Part shown: piece after piece, positions 29,002 through 39,444 of the stretch
Layout: each line of letters opens with the position of its first letter
How positions within the stretch are numbered: the first letter of the stretch is position 1
From: a virus
Lineage: Duplodnaviria; Caudoviricetes
Virus record (IMG/VR): IMGVR_UViG_2706795801_000001
Span: 69,825 to 133,824 of that record
Length of the DNA stretch: 64,000 bases
Reading direction: 5' to 3' (one strand)
Notes under the pieces: generated by a model
What the model was told of the DNA's origin: nothing
What the model saw: only the letters and a program-made list of their open reading frames with translations
Database searches by the model: none
Position numbers and translations under genes: made by a program

Positions 29002-29364
29002 ATGCCAGAAATTAAAACAATACTTCCAACGGATATTAGATTTACGCACAAAGGACAGAACCTTGTTGCTGGTTTCAGACAAGATTCTGTAGAAGAAGAT
29101 GAACTTGCTGCAATTCTAGGTTTAGACATGGGCAATGACACCTTAGACCAAAAGTATATCTACCGTAGAACAAAAAATCATATTGGGACACCACAACAAT
29201 GGGCAGAAGTGTACGGGGTACCTTTTATTAATCGTACCTTGGTGGATCATTATGGGGGTTTTGATGATGTAAGTCCACCTGTAGAGGTATGGTGGTTACC
29301 ATATGCCACATTTTTTCATGATAATTATCGCTTCGATCCTGCCGCTGGTTTTGTGACAATTTAG
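29002..29364 (+). CDS. Hypothetical protein
   Basis: GGAG RBS before ATG 29002. Confidence 0.55.
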   Translation: MPEIKTILPTDIRFTHKGQNLVAGFRQDSVEEDELAAILGLDMGNDTLDQKYIYRRTKNHIGTPQQWAEVYGVPFINRTLVDHYGGFDDVSPPVEVWWLPYATFFHDNYRFDPAAGFVTI

Positions 29365-29491
29365 GAACTGATTGTAATATGCGAACACACACCACTTTAT
29401 GAATACTAAATATGGTGTGTGTTGTTTATGTCATAATACGTAATCAGTCGGAACATAACAATAGCTATTAACATTAAATTCGAAGGATATT

Positions 29492-30925
29492 ATGGCGGGA
29501 ATAACATCAAAAGGTTTTGAAAACAAAACCAACAATGAAATATTATTAAGTTTATTAACAAGGGCAAATTCTTCTGAATATTTCGGGGAGTACTTTCCTA
29601 CATCTCCCGATAGCAACATGGGTATTCTATCTGGAATTATCACTGCAGCAATCAAAGAAAACTGGGACGGTCTTGGTGTTGTAGCTACACAACAGAACCC
29701 AGAGACAGCAGAGGGTAAATACCTAGACGACCTAGCTCAGATTGCAGGACTTAAACGTCTATTGGATTCTGGTAGTATAGGTGAGTTATTATTCACAGGA
29801 TCTCTTGGTACATTAATACCACAAGACACTCAAGTAAAATCTGCAACAACAAGTAAAATAGTCTTAACAAAGACAAGTCTTTACTTGACACAAACAGGTT
29901 GCAACATTGCATATATTATGTTTGACGTGTTACCAACTGCAGAGTACTCAATTGTTGCAGATAGTATAGAATACACATACACATCTTCATCTTCACCAAC
30001 AGTATCAGAAATTATTGATGGTTTAATACTTAGTATTGGCACACCAGATACATTTACCGCAAGCACAGCAGGGGATTACTTAAAACTAACCAGTGTAGCT
30101 TTAGATAACAATATCGTAGTAGGTACATTAGAAAACTGTAGTATTTATACCGTAGGTATGTTAGTACAAGCACAAGCTATTGATGTAGGTGAAATTACCT
30201 TTTCGGCAAATACATTAACTGTCATGGTTAATCCTGTCACGCAGTTAACAGTAACCAACCCAGCTACCTTCTCTTTGGGAAGATTAGAAGAGACTGATGC
30301 TGAACTTAGAATAAGGATGTCACTGACACCTGAGAATACAGGTACAGCTACATCACCTGCTATCAAAGCCAGTATAGGTAACATAGAAGGCGTTGTTGAT
30401 GTAATGGTGGTCAACAACAGAACAAACACAATTGATGCTGATGGAAGACCTCCTAAGAGCTTTGAGGTGTATGTAGATGGTGGTTTAGAACAAGTTATTG
30501 CTCAGACCATATTAGATACCCAACCTACAGGAATAGAGTCCTACGGAAGTATTACAAGGTTTGTAACTAATGAGAATGATGACCAAGAGGTGATAAAATT
30601 CTCTCGTATGATTAATAAGTTCGTATGGGTTAAAGTTGTTTACTCCCTGAACCCAGAAGAAACTTTCCCTTTAGATGGCGTTGATCTAATGAAAGCTGCT
30701 ATAATAACTAAAGGAAATGCATTATACAGAGGTGAAGATTTAGTGGCTAATAAGTTCTATGGGAGTTTATATAATTCTACAGAAGGTATGTATATTAGTA
30801 GTATTGAAGTCGCGGTAACTGATACAGCTACTGATACTCCAACATACACAACAGCACCCATTAGTGTCGCTAGAAATAACAAACTAATATTCAATTTGAA
30901 TAGATGTGATGTTACATTACTGTAG
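29492..30925 (+). CDS. Baseplate J-like wedge protein
   Basis: AEGKYLDDL....GL.R, G..EETDAELR.R, G.PP.SFE.YV.GG, P.GI.SYG motifs. Confidence 0.9.
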   Translation: MAGITSKGFENKTNNEILLSLLTRANSSEYFGEYFPTSPDSNMGILSGIITAAIKENWDGLGVVATQQNPETAEGKYLDDLAQIAGLKRLLDSGSIGELLFTGSLGTLIPQDTQVKSATTSKIVLTKTSLYLTQTGCNIAYIMFDVLPTAEYSIVADSIEYTYTSSSSPTVSEIIDGLILSIGTPDTFTASTAGDYLKLTSVALDNNIVVGTLENCSIYTVGMLVQAQAIDVGEITFSANTLTVMVNPVTQLTVTNPATFSLGRLEETDAELRIRMSLTPENTGTATSPAIKASIGNIEGVVDVMVVNNRTNTIDADGRPPKSFEVYVDGGLEQVIAQTILDTQPTGIESYGSITRFVTNENDDQEVIKFSRMINKFVWVKVVYSLNPEETFPLDGVDLMKAAIITKGNALYRGEDLVANKFYGSLYNSTEGMYISSIEVAVTDTATDTPTYTTAPISVARNNKLIFNLNRCDVTLL

Positions 30926-30933
30926 GAGTTCAT

Positions 30934-31653
30934 ATGATACCGTATGTATTAAATCACACGGAGGTAGGTAAGTCAAGGGTTATTGATGCCCTATCAGAAA
31001 AAGAAAACTTCAACAAATTATTGGCTGTATTTCTAGAAGAAATTAACATACTAGAAACTGAAATGTTTAAACTTGCTGGTAGTAAGAGTATAGCAGGTTC
31101 TTCGGGAATATGGTTAGATTACTTAGGTCAAATCATCTCTGAGAAAAGAGAGAATAGGTCTGATGCTGACTACAGGGCTGCTTTACTATTAAGGGTTAGT
31201 GTTAATACTGCCAATGGTACTATTAAATCATTAATAGAGGTTGTAAGAGCATTCACAGAAGCAACCAGTGTTCACTACACACCTTATTATCCTGCACACT
31301 ACGTTGTTAGTACCGATGGTAATAAACAGCTTACAGGGGCTTTAGAGGAGCTTGTAGAGGACGTTTCACCTGCTGGTGTAGGTTATACTGTAATTAGTAA
31401 TGAAGACGGTAATAAGTTTGTACCAGCGTGGATAACAACTAAACCAAATGAGGTTGTTGAACATACGTTCTTACTTGATAATCTTGATGAACTACTTTTA
31501 GACGATGGTGAGCCACTACTCGTAACTGCGGTACCTGACTTATCCTATGCAAACAATACTAAAGACCATGCATTTTTAGATTGGGGTGTAACAGAGACTA
31601 CACAATCAGTTGGGTATCTTGCACAAGTTATACTCCCAGAAACAACTCAATAA
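30934..31653 (+). CDS. Baseplate wedge protein (DUF2612 / gpI-like)
   Basis: G.WLDYLG.II...R....D..YR..L, GT...L, PAGV motifs. Confidence 0.8.
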   Translation: MIPYVLNHTEVGKSRVIDALSEKENFNKLLAVFLEEINILETEMFKLAGSKSIAGSSGIWLDYLGQIISEKRENRSDADYRAALLLRVSVNTANGTIKSLIEVVRAFTEATSVHYTPYYPAHYVVSTDGNKQLTGALEELVEDVSPAGVGYTVISNEDGNKFVPAWITTKPNEVVEHTFLLDNLDELLLDDGEPLLVTAVPDLSYANNTKDHAFLDWGVTETTQSVGYLAQVILPETTQ

Positions 31654-31665
31654 CACAGGAATATT

Positions 31666-32031
31666 ATGGCATACAGAGATGATCTTCAAATCTGGGCTAA
31701 GACTTTAACTGAAGACGCTACTACTTCTATAGCACAAAGAATACCAATCCCAGATCCAATTTATGATAGAGGTTACTTAAGAGGAGTCCCAGTACCAACA
31801 CAATACTTCAACCAAATACTTAACACTATCACAGGGGTACTGGTAGAAGAAACTATATTAACTACTGCTCCAGCAACTGTTACTATGTTAGAGAGTATCT
31901 ACCCTATCAGTGCAACAGTACAATTATATCAGAACCCTGATAATCCATCCACAGTATACGGGTTTGGTACTTGGGTTAACATTTCAGACCCAGTAACACC
32001 AGACTTGTACCTTTGGGTACGTACAGCTTAA
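31666..32031 (+). CDS. Short tail fibre attachment protein
   Basis: WA..., P.QYFN..LN, IYPI...NP...YGFGTW...Y.W.RTA motifs. Confidence 0.65.
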   Translation: MAYRDDLQIWAKTLTEDATTSIAQRIPIPDPIYDRGYLRGVPVPTQYFNQILNTITGVLVEETILTTAPATVTMLESIYPISATVQLYQNPDNPSTVYGFGTWVNISDPVTPDLYLWVRTA

Positions 32032-32072
32032 CACAATAAACTTAATATTAATAACACAATAAGGTAAACATA

Positions 32073-32282
32073 ATGGAAACATTCATGCAGTATTTTCAAG
32101 ACGGTCTAATGTACATTGGTGCATTAGTTGTATTAGCTACAGCAATTGTAGGTGCATTAGAGAAATTCGCAGAGGTAACACCTACCACAAAAGATGATGA
32201 GTATGTAGCCAAGGCTAAACAATACTTAGGTTTTGTGTCTGCATTCCTAGACAAAGTTTCAGTATGGAACACTAAAAAATAA
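32073..32282 (+). CDS. Putative holin
   Basis: Small protein with a TM segment and TPT.KDD motif, directly upstream of the spanin-like pair. Confidence 0.6.
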   Translation: METFMQYFQDGLMYIGALVVLATAIVGALEKFAEVTPTTKDDEYVAKAKQYLGFVSAFLDKVSVWNTKK

Positions 32283-32488
32283 TGGAAATTTTAGTGGCTA
32301 TTGGAGTAATACTAGTAGCCATTGTTTATGCCTTTGTTTCAGGAAAGTCAAGTGGAAAGGACTCTAGTAATATAAAGGTTCAATCAAAGGTAATAGATAA
32401 TGTACAGACTGCTAAAGAAATCTCAGGTGACATTGACACTCTTAGTGATGATGATGTTAGGGACAGGTTGCGCAAACGTAATAAGTGA
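32282..32488 (+). CDS. Putative i-spanin (Rz-like)
   Basis: N-terminal TM plus periplasmic helix; overlaps the lipoprotein ORF. Confidence 0.6.
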   Translation: MEILVAIGVILVAIVYAFVSGKSSGKDSSNIKVQSKVIDNVQTAKEISGDIDTLSDDDVRDRLRKRNK

Positions 32489-32612
32489 TTATTGTTTAAT
32501 AGCGACTCCTATTAATTTAACAGATGAGGATATTAATATTATAAGTATTGAATCGGCAAGGAAGATATTAACTAATGATGAAACATACGACAGACTCTGT
32601 AAAACAGAATAA
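32400..32612 (+). CDS. Putative o-spanin (Rz1-like lipoprotein)
   Basis: Lipobox LGTGC; D.C...PI...D...R.IL..DE.Y..LC pattern; overlaps the i-spanin in another frame. Confidence 0.65.
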   Translation: MYRLLKKSQVTLTLLVMMMLGTGCANVISDYCLIATPINLTDEDINIISIESARKILTNDETYDRLCKTE

Positions 32613-32640
32613 TAATGATAACACCAAAGGTGGCACGTTT

Positions 32641-32895
32641 ATGGGTAACATTGATGTTCTAGCTTTACTAAAATACCTATGGGCTGCATTCATCCCTGTA
32701 GTAATAAAGGGATGGTCTATGGTAGATAAGCGATTTGAACAGACTGAACATAAAGTGGTTGAAATAGATAAACGTGTATCTGATATGTCTTCTGATGTAA
32801 AGGTGCTTGTAGAAAGATCTGAGAATCAACAAAAAAATATAGAGGAAATAAAAGACCTCTTAACCAAATTACTCTTAGATAATAAGAATAAATAA
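32641..32895 (+). CDS. TM plus coiled-coil protein
   Basis: Hydrophobic N-terminus and heptad repeats. Confidence 0.5.
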   Translation: MGNIDVLALLKYLWAAFIPVVIKGWSMVDKRFEQTEHKVVEIDKRVSDMSSDVKVLVERSENQQKNIEEIKDLLTKLLLDNKNK

Positions 32896-33368
32896 TGAAT
32901 CCAATACTATTCCCAGCAATCTTAATACTCTATGCAGAAGGTAGTTACTGTGAGGTAACAAGAAAGGTTGCTAGGATAGTATTGTACTCCTACCTACTGA
33001 CATTAATTACCACCACTTATATGCCCACTGTACAAGGTGCCCACTTTAGTTTAGTAATACTGCATACAGCTTGTTATATATTCTGTATAGGATTATGTCA
33101 GAAGTTAGAAGGCAAGGTGGTGTTCTTTATCATATTGGTAGGGTTGTGGTGGATAGACTTAAGTATTATATTAAATACATTAAAATATGATGTGGTGATA
33201 TTAGGCTACTCACTACTCAACTACAGTAATTACTTTTATAGAGAATTTACAATTTTAGCGGTTAGCTTGTGTGCATATATTTCCACTACAGATAGAAGAC
33301 ACAACACCAGAGAGAATCTGATTGGGGTTATAACATTAGCCTTACTTATAGTAGAGAAACAATTTTAG
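32895..33368 (+). CDS. Multi-pass membrane protein
   Basis: About five hydrophobic segments. Confidence 0.55.
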   Translation: MNPILFPAILILYAEGSYCEVTRKVARIVLYSYLLTLITTTYMPTVQGAHFSLVILHTACYIFCIGLCQKLEGKVVFFIILVGLWWIDLSIILNTLKYDVVILGYSLLNYSNYFYREFTILAVSLCAYISTTDRRHNTRENLIGVITLALLIVEKQF

Positions 33369-33390
33369 GAAACAATGATACATTATTAAA

Positions 33391-33738
33391 CTAATTACTA
33401 AACTCAGCAATAATATGATGCTCCATATCTTTACGTAAGTAAACTCTAGGTGACATGTTATCAAATACATAGTCATCTTTAATTAGCACCATATGTAGGG
33501 AGTTGTCTTTAGTTCTAACCATAGCAAGTTTACCACCTACTTTACTTTGTATGAATAGTGCATAGTCTTCACAGTCACCTGTTAAACTTATAACATACTT
33601 ATCTTCTACGCCATATTGTTCCATATCAGAAATATACACATGGTTATATTGTGCATAGGATTGTAGCTGATAATATTCCGAGGGTATTGTAGAACAGCCT
33701 GTTATAATAAGTAATATTAATGTAAGTAATAATTTCAT
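33391..33738 (-). CDS. Lipoprotein transglutaminase-like cysteine peptidase (BTLCP/LapG-like)
   Basis: Lipobox ITGC; Y.SD...YG..D; GDCEDYAL; HMVL; VFDN (Cys-His-Asp triad). Confidence 0.8.
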   Translation of the reverse strand: MKLLLTLILLIITGCSTIPSEYYQLQSYAQYNHVYISDMEQYGVEDKYVISLTGDCEDYALFIQSKVGGKLAMVRTKDNSLHMVLIKDDYVFDNMSPRVYLRKDMEHHIIAEFSN

Positions 33739-33798
33739 CGTTATCTCCTATATTGTGGTAGTAACTAAATAGTATACCAGTATTAATAATGTGTCAAT

Positions 33799-33830
33799 AA
33801 AAAACCCACTACAAAATGTAGTGGGTTTTT
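33799..33830. terminator. Intrinsic terminator (bidirectional form)
   Basis: AAAAAACCCACTACA..TGTAGTGGGTTTTT. Confidence 0.75.
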
Positions 33831-33849
33831 GTTTAAGTTAAATATTCAT

Positions 33850-35001
33850 CTAGAATGGTATTTCTTCTTCATCCCAGTCTTCATCCAAATCAGGTGTCAC
33901 CTTCAAAGGCTCTGTAACCGTCTTAGCGGCACTCTGAGGTTTATCTGCAACCTTGGTCACATTTACTGGCTTTGAAGCCTCTGTGGTTGATTGAGGCGTA
34001 CTAGAGCCACCATTTCCACCACCAGACTTGACTGCTTCTAGCTCACCTTTAAGTTTACTGGTATCCCAGTTAGTTGCTAATTGCATGGTATTGATAACTG
34101 CAGCACGAGCTTCCTTCAAGTCACGTTCACGGTTACCACCAGAAAATAACAAACCACCATAACCATCCTGATCAATCTTAGCTTTCAAGTCAGACTCAAA
34201 GTATGATAAATCACGAGGACTCATACGTGACGATGGTAAGATATTAGTCTCAAGCTTACGCTTTTCTTCACCAGTAGTTTTATCCTTCCAAGTATTCCAC
34301 TTAACTTCAACTTCAAACATACAGACTTTACCAAGTAACTTGCCAATATCTTTGATATGGAAATTCTCGTTATCATCTAATACACCACAATAGTCTGCTA
34401 ATGAATATAACATTGAGTTCTTAGCAAATGCAAAATGTGCAGGCGTATCTTTCTTTTTACTGTTAACGTTAGTCTCAAGTAGATTGAAAGGTTTAGCGAT
34501 AACATTAGTGCGTCTACCATCAATGATGCGGAACCCACCAAAACCATTGTTACCAATAATATCACGGAATGGCTTCTCTGTTTGGTCACCTTCTGGATTG
34601 AAGAACTTACCAAGGTTCATCATCTTCTCAGGGAAGTCTACAGCAATAGCCATTTGAGCTACGTCTTTAGGTTGATATACCAAACACTCTTGTTCCTTAC
34701 CACGATACTTACGCATCTCAAGACGTGCTGATTCATCTTTCTGAATACCACTATCTTCATATACCTCTAAACGCCAACCTGAGTCACCCTGAGCTTTAGC
34801 GTCCCATAAGACTACTTGTTCAGCACGAGGTTGAATTCCTAGATCTACTAGGCTACTTATGGTTCCGATTAATTGGTGTTTACCAATACCAAGAACTTCA
34901 GCTTGATAGTTATTAACTTCATCCCAATCAATATTACTTTCACGTTGTTGTTGAGGTTTGGTATCTTGTTTAGGTGTTTCTACTACAAATTCAAATTGCA
35001 T
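33850..35001 (-). CDS. Putative ssDNA-binding protein
   Basis: Flexible linker and acidic C-terminal tail DEDWDEEEIPF; in the replication block; AAGGA RBS before ATG 35001. Confidence 0.6.
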   Translation of the reverse strand: MQFEFVVETPKQDTKPQQQRESNIDWDEVNNYQAEVLGIGKHQLIGTISSLVDLGIQPRAEQVVLWDAKAQGDSGWRLEVYEDSGIQKDESARLEMRKYRGKEQECLVYQPKDVAQMAIAVDFPEKMMNLGKFFNPEGDQTEKPFRDIIGNNGFGGFRIIDGRRTNVIAKPFNLLETNVNSKKKDTPAHFAFAKNSMLYSLADYCGVLDDNENFHIKDIGKLLGKVCMFEVEVKWNTWKDKTTGEEKRKLETNILPSSRMSPRDLSYFESDLKAKIDQDGYGGLLFSGGNRERDLKEARAAVINTMQLATNWDTSKLKGELEAVKSGGGNGGSSTPQSTTEASKPVNVTKVADKPQSAAKTVTEPLKVTPDLDEDWDEEEIPF

Positions 35002-35163
35002 TAATTGTATCCTTATATTATTACTAATCAGCGTTTCCGCTACCATGTGTAACACTACATAATTGGTCGTAGTGTGGCGAGGAATTCCCTCAAGTAATCA
35101 TTATATCATTTACACAATTCACAAATCAATGCCCAACTACATAATTATATAATGATTTTATAT

Positions 35164-37309
35164 CTAACTTTTCATCATCTTAAATGCTGTATCACCAGCA
35201 AGTTTAAACTCTTCCCAGTCAGCTTTACTCATTGTGCTGAATGTAGTTTCAACGTCCCAAGTAGTTTCATCTTTGGCAGTTAGATAGGTGATCTGAAGGT
35301 AACCATCAACTTCATCCCATTCCTCAAATGTGTACTTAGTGTCAAGATCTTCATTAAAAATAGAAATACCACCGAACATAATCACTCCTTATTATAAGTT
35401 ATTAGATACTCCACTACATCATAGCGTGGAAGTATTTGTTGTTAATACGAAAGTCTTTGTCACCTTGCTCATTGATGTAATAATTAGCATCAAAGCTGAA
35501 AAATACTTCATCGTTATACCAATCTTCACCGTCTAGTTCTAGGTAAATTTGGTGACAAGTTTCAGCCATGATATCTCCTAGGTATACCAATGCAGTATAA
35601 GGTATGACACCATAGACATTAGTGATGTTCCAAGTGACAACACTATCAGATAAGTAAGCTTCTACTTTAATAAAGTTATTACTAAACATCATAAAATAGT
35701 AATCCCTAAGATTTCTAAATCAAACCCAGTGACAACATTATACTCTACACGTAATAAACATTTATCAAAAGAAGCCTTGTTTGGGGTTTTCTTACTGATC
35801 AACATAATATTACCTAGGAATACTCCGTAGGTATGTGTGTTTGTATCAATGTCTACATCTAGTACTGAAAATCTAGCATTCATTTAATAGTCTCCATATT
35901 TAGTTAAAACTAATTCATATAGGGTGTTGATAGCATCTTCTGCTGTTTCACCCCCACAATCGAGTTCACCGTCATGACAGTATTCTATTTCGTACTTACC
36001 CCATACTTCATACAGTACTTCTACCCACCATCGCGGAGTGGTATTTAAGTGCTGTTTATTATCTTCTGTCTCAATGGTCTCGTTATCTGGATTAACCATA
36101 TGAGGCGTAAGTTCGATAGATGCTTGACCTCCACCAATAGTAAGTTTAGGATGGTCAATAATCCAGTAATATTTATCTACGTGATTCATTTATTTCTCCT
36201 AGGAATATTCAGAAGTTCTAATATCTGAGACATACCCCATACCTTGTCCCATACCCGCTTCTATTTCCATACTTGACAATACCTTGCGATTCTTGTCTAC
36301 GAAATATAAAAAAGTGTAAGATAGGTCACTGTCATCAGTCTTGTATATTTCATACTCACCAATTTTCATTTTTGTTTTAACTACTACCTTACCATCAATT
36401 GTAAAACTAGATTCTACATTCATTTATTTCTCCTTATTAACAACTTCAAAATTAACTACATTATCATCAAACTCAAACCACACTCTAGCACCACAACTTA
36501 GTGGTTTGTTAGGGGAGTAGATGAATTTACCTAATACATCACCTGTGGTCTTGTCTGTCAACACCACCTCATGTCCATACTGATTATCCTTATATGATTT
36601 ACATGTAAGCACAGGTTCAGTTGAACCATGTTTAATGTTAGACCTAATCACACTTTGATTAACGTGGACTACGTGTTTCATTTTACCTCCATTATATATG
36701 ACTATATTAAAGGTGCACATTAAATTACTAGATGAGTAATGTTTTGTATACCTTGTTTAACCATCCTAATCCCCTCACAGTGGATTTAAACTACATTACA
36801 CCAATGGTTGGTGAGTGTGTAAATGTTACAACCCCACCACAACTGTCTGAGGACGTTTAATAGCTCCACACAATACCAATTGAGGTTCTTGAGCCTCACG
36901 TGCTGTCATATCATTAACCACCTTAATCATGTTGTCTAGTTCACCAACACGTTCTTCTAGCCGAATACATGTGTTATTAAAACCATTCATCATGTGGACA
37001 ATTTCTTCAACAGTCAACACAGAAATACCCATTGCACCGTTGAACCCAACTTGCTTAACCCCATCAACTTCTGTAACTGCAAATTTATCAGTCATACTAC
37101 CTCTCCTAATATTGTCTGTAAGTAATTTTACGTTGCATGTCATATTTATCACAAAGGTCACTCATGAATGACTCCTTGTAAACTACAATAGTAACATCAT
37201 TGACAGTGGTTGTCATAGCATTATCATTAGATTGTTTAACATGTTGCAGACAACGTTCTAAGCAATTATATACCGTACCACCTGCCCAAGGTTGTTCATA
37301 ATGTCTCAT
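35164..37309 (-). other. Cluster of about 8 small hypothetical CDSs (35164-35385, 35414-35692, 35689-35883, 35884-36189, 36199-36423, 36424-36681, 36826-37094, 37106-37309)
   Basis: Tightly packed co-oriented ORFs with GGAG-type RBSs. Confidence 0.6.
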
Positions 37310-37327
37310 TTCCTCTCCTTAATTAAA

Positions 37328-37699
37328 TCACCATCTACCTTTATGATAGAAGGGTTTAATATGTTTGACTTCAACTTTAGGTGTATAGTCTCTATATTCA
37401 AGACCAGTACAATCATCAAATTGAACCCTTAATTGCTTACCGTAGTCAATGTGTCCTATCGTACCAACATTGACATGTCTACCAACAGGCAACCCACCAA
37501 ATAAACCTAAATCTTCTAATTCATCGCTGACCAACAAATCATAATCTAATCCATCAGTCCTGTCAATGTTATCTTCATTCACATAAATGATTAGAAGTTC
37601 AGGATTTCCTTCTGCTACTTCAAGTAACCTAGAGTAAATAATATCATCAGATGAGTTACCCACAACTACTATTTTAGTCTGTGTCATGATTATCTCCAT
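37328..37699 (-). CDS. Hypothetical protein carrying an EF-Tu G1-motif-like peptide
   Basis: HVNVGTIGHIDYGK encoded at 37436-37477. Confidence 0.6.
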   Translation of the reverse strand: MEIIMTQTKIVVVGNSSDDIIYSRLLEVAEGNPELLIIYVNEDNIDRTDGLDYDLLVSDELEDLGLFGGLPVGRHVNVGTIGHIDYGKQLRVQFDDCTGLEYRDYTPKVEVKHIKPFYHKGRW

Positions 37700-37748
37700 T
37701 TATTTAATATGTACACATTGTAATTCAGTGTTGTGGTAACGTCAAGGG

Positions 37749-38096
37749 TTATTTATAAATTAATTTACGATACCCAGAACCATCAATAGGTATTAACCTA
37801 CACATTTGGTTGCAATATATGAAATACTTATTACCAAATATAACACCCTTACCATCAGTCATGTGGTGTAGAGTCGTTGTCTCCATAGGGGTATTATCTA
37901 CATCGCAACGTAAATCAACCTCCCGTATAACGCAATCAGAACCATACAGTCGCGTCAATTGTGCAGTAGTAATGAATGAACGTTTCTCAATAGTATCAAG
38001 GCACCAACGTCCATCTACGTTGTATAACATAGGGATATGAGTGTACGTAGAACCATTAATTCGAACCCAGTAATATTTATTTTTAAGCATAAACAA
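37749..38096 (-). CDS. Hypothetical protein
   Basis: ORF downstream of a TTGACA-17-TATAAT promoter. Confidence 0.5.
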   Translation of the reverse strand: MFMLKNKYYWVRINGSTYTHIPMLYNVDGRWCLDTIEKRSFITTAQLTRLYGSDCVIREVDLRCDVDNTPMETTTLHHMTDGKGVIFGNKYFIYCNQMCRLIPIDGSGYRKLIYK

Positions 38097-38173
38097 GAAA
38101 TCCTCGTAGCAATTAAGATACGAGGATTATAGGGGAGTGGATGGGTTGTGTCAAGGGGTTATTTGATAAAACA

Positions 38174-39361
38174 CTATAGATTAAAGATTGAGAGTATTTC
38201 AGGATGGTTTAGTATTTCAGGTGTGAAACATTCTCCTACACAACCTTCGAAGTAAAATTTTACATAGTGTTGAGAACTGTTTAATTTTTGGTGTAACTCT
38301 TGTTCAGTGTCATAGATTATTTGGTGTATATTTTGTGTTGAAGATACTAGCTCCATTTCATAATCTTTAGTCATCTTACGGATACGTTCTTTAACATTGA
38401 ATGATCTACCAACTTTGTAAAATATTTCACCTTTTCTGGTAAATTTTATTAAATATAGATTGTCTTCCTCATCTACACGGTTTGGGTAATACCCGTACCA
38501 ACCCCCTACCAACTTTCCACATTCAAAACAACCGCTCCCTTTTACAAAGTCATTGAGTTTTGAGTCTTGTACATGGCCATTCTTACAAACCCATATAATA
38601 CGGGAACGTGAGTTAAGTTCTTCGGGTATACGTACCTTGGTTAAGCCACGACTCTGAATTTGTTCTTCTATTTGAATAAGCCTTTCTTCATTACAAAATT
38701 TATAAGTTGGAGAACACCTGCAAGGCTTTCTACCAACCTTAAGAGAGTCAAGTTTTGAGGGGTATAATTTATTACCTAGAGATTTAAACTTGGTATCTGA
38801 GTCACAAATACTACAAGATACTTGGTACTTCTTCTGAGTCATATCATAAGAGTAATTGTAGTGATCTGGAAGTAGAAGACACTCATAGAGACCTTGGAGA
38901 TTATTCTTGATTTTTAAGTTCTCCTTATAAGACTTGGAGAATACTGGTGTTTGTTGTTTACGTAAGTTACCTATACTAATTTTCCATTCTGGTTCACCAT
39001 CAGCGTATAGTATTATTTTTGAATCTTTTCCTTCATAAAGGCCATCCTCAAACCCACAGAAAGTAAGATTACCACCCTTAAGAATCCTATCTATTTGAAT
39101 TTTAATTTGCCAATCTTTCCATCTAACAGACCTACTACAACCACAAAGAAGTTCATCACGGTTAATATTTACTATATCATAGATCAGAGATCCATAAGGC
39201 CACAGTTCTGTATCTAAACTACAAACACTACATTCTGCGATAAACTCACTAACAAGTCCATTACTTCCCTTAAACTCCCTAATAGTAGTTACACCTAATT
39301 TGTGTTGTATAGTTCTACCTACTATAGTTCTTTTTGTTTCTCTCCTCTCTGCCATAAACAC
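38174..39361 (-). CDS. Free-standing putative homing endonuclease (Cys-repeat DNA-binding region, GIY-YIG/T5orf172-like C-terminus)
   Basis: Repeated CxxC..CxC Zn motifs; C-terminal LYLIKF...YKVGRS..V.ERI...E..LH...ECF; adjacent to the DNA polymerase. Confidence 0.7.
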   Translation of the reverse strand: MFMAERRETKRTIVGRTIQHKLGVTTIREFKGSNGLVSEFIAECSVCSLDTELWPYGSLIYDIVNINRDELLCGCSRSVRWKDWQIKIQIDRILKGGNLTFCGFEDGLYEGKDSKIILYADGEPEWKISIGNLRKQQTPVFSKSYKENLKIKNNLQGLYECLLLPDHYNYSYDMTQKKYQVSCSICDSDTKFKSLGNKLYPSKLDSLKVGRKPCRCSPTYKFCNEERLIQIEEQIQSRGLTKVRIPEELNSRSRIIWVCKNGHVQDSKLNDFVKGSGCFECGKLVGGWYGYYPNRVDEEDNLYLIKFTRKGEIFYKVGRSFNVKERIRKMTKDYEMELVSSTQNIHQIIYDTEQELHQKLNSSQHYVKFYFEGCVGECFTPEILNHPEILSIFNL

Positions 39362-39444
39362 TCCAATAAAAAAAAAAATACCCTGTAGTCTACATTATAG
39401 CACAGATTACAGGGTATTACAAGATTAGTGTATCTTAGAGTATA

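Noticed and set aside
288-30429. Numerous short antisense ORFs inside structural genes
   Set aside because: Shadow ORFs opposite well-supported genes, with no RBS or motifs.
37328-37699. Annotation as EF-Tu (tuf)
   Set aside because: Only a 14-residue motif; no G2-G5 motifs and far too short.
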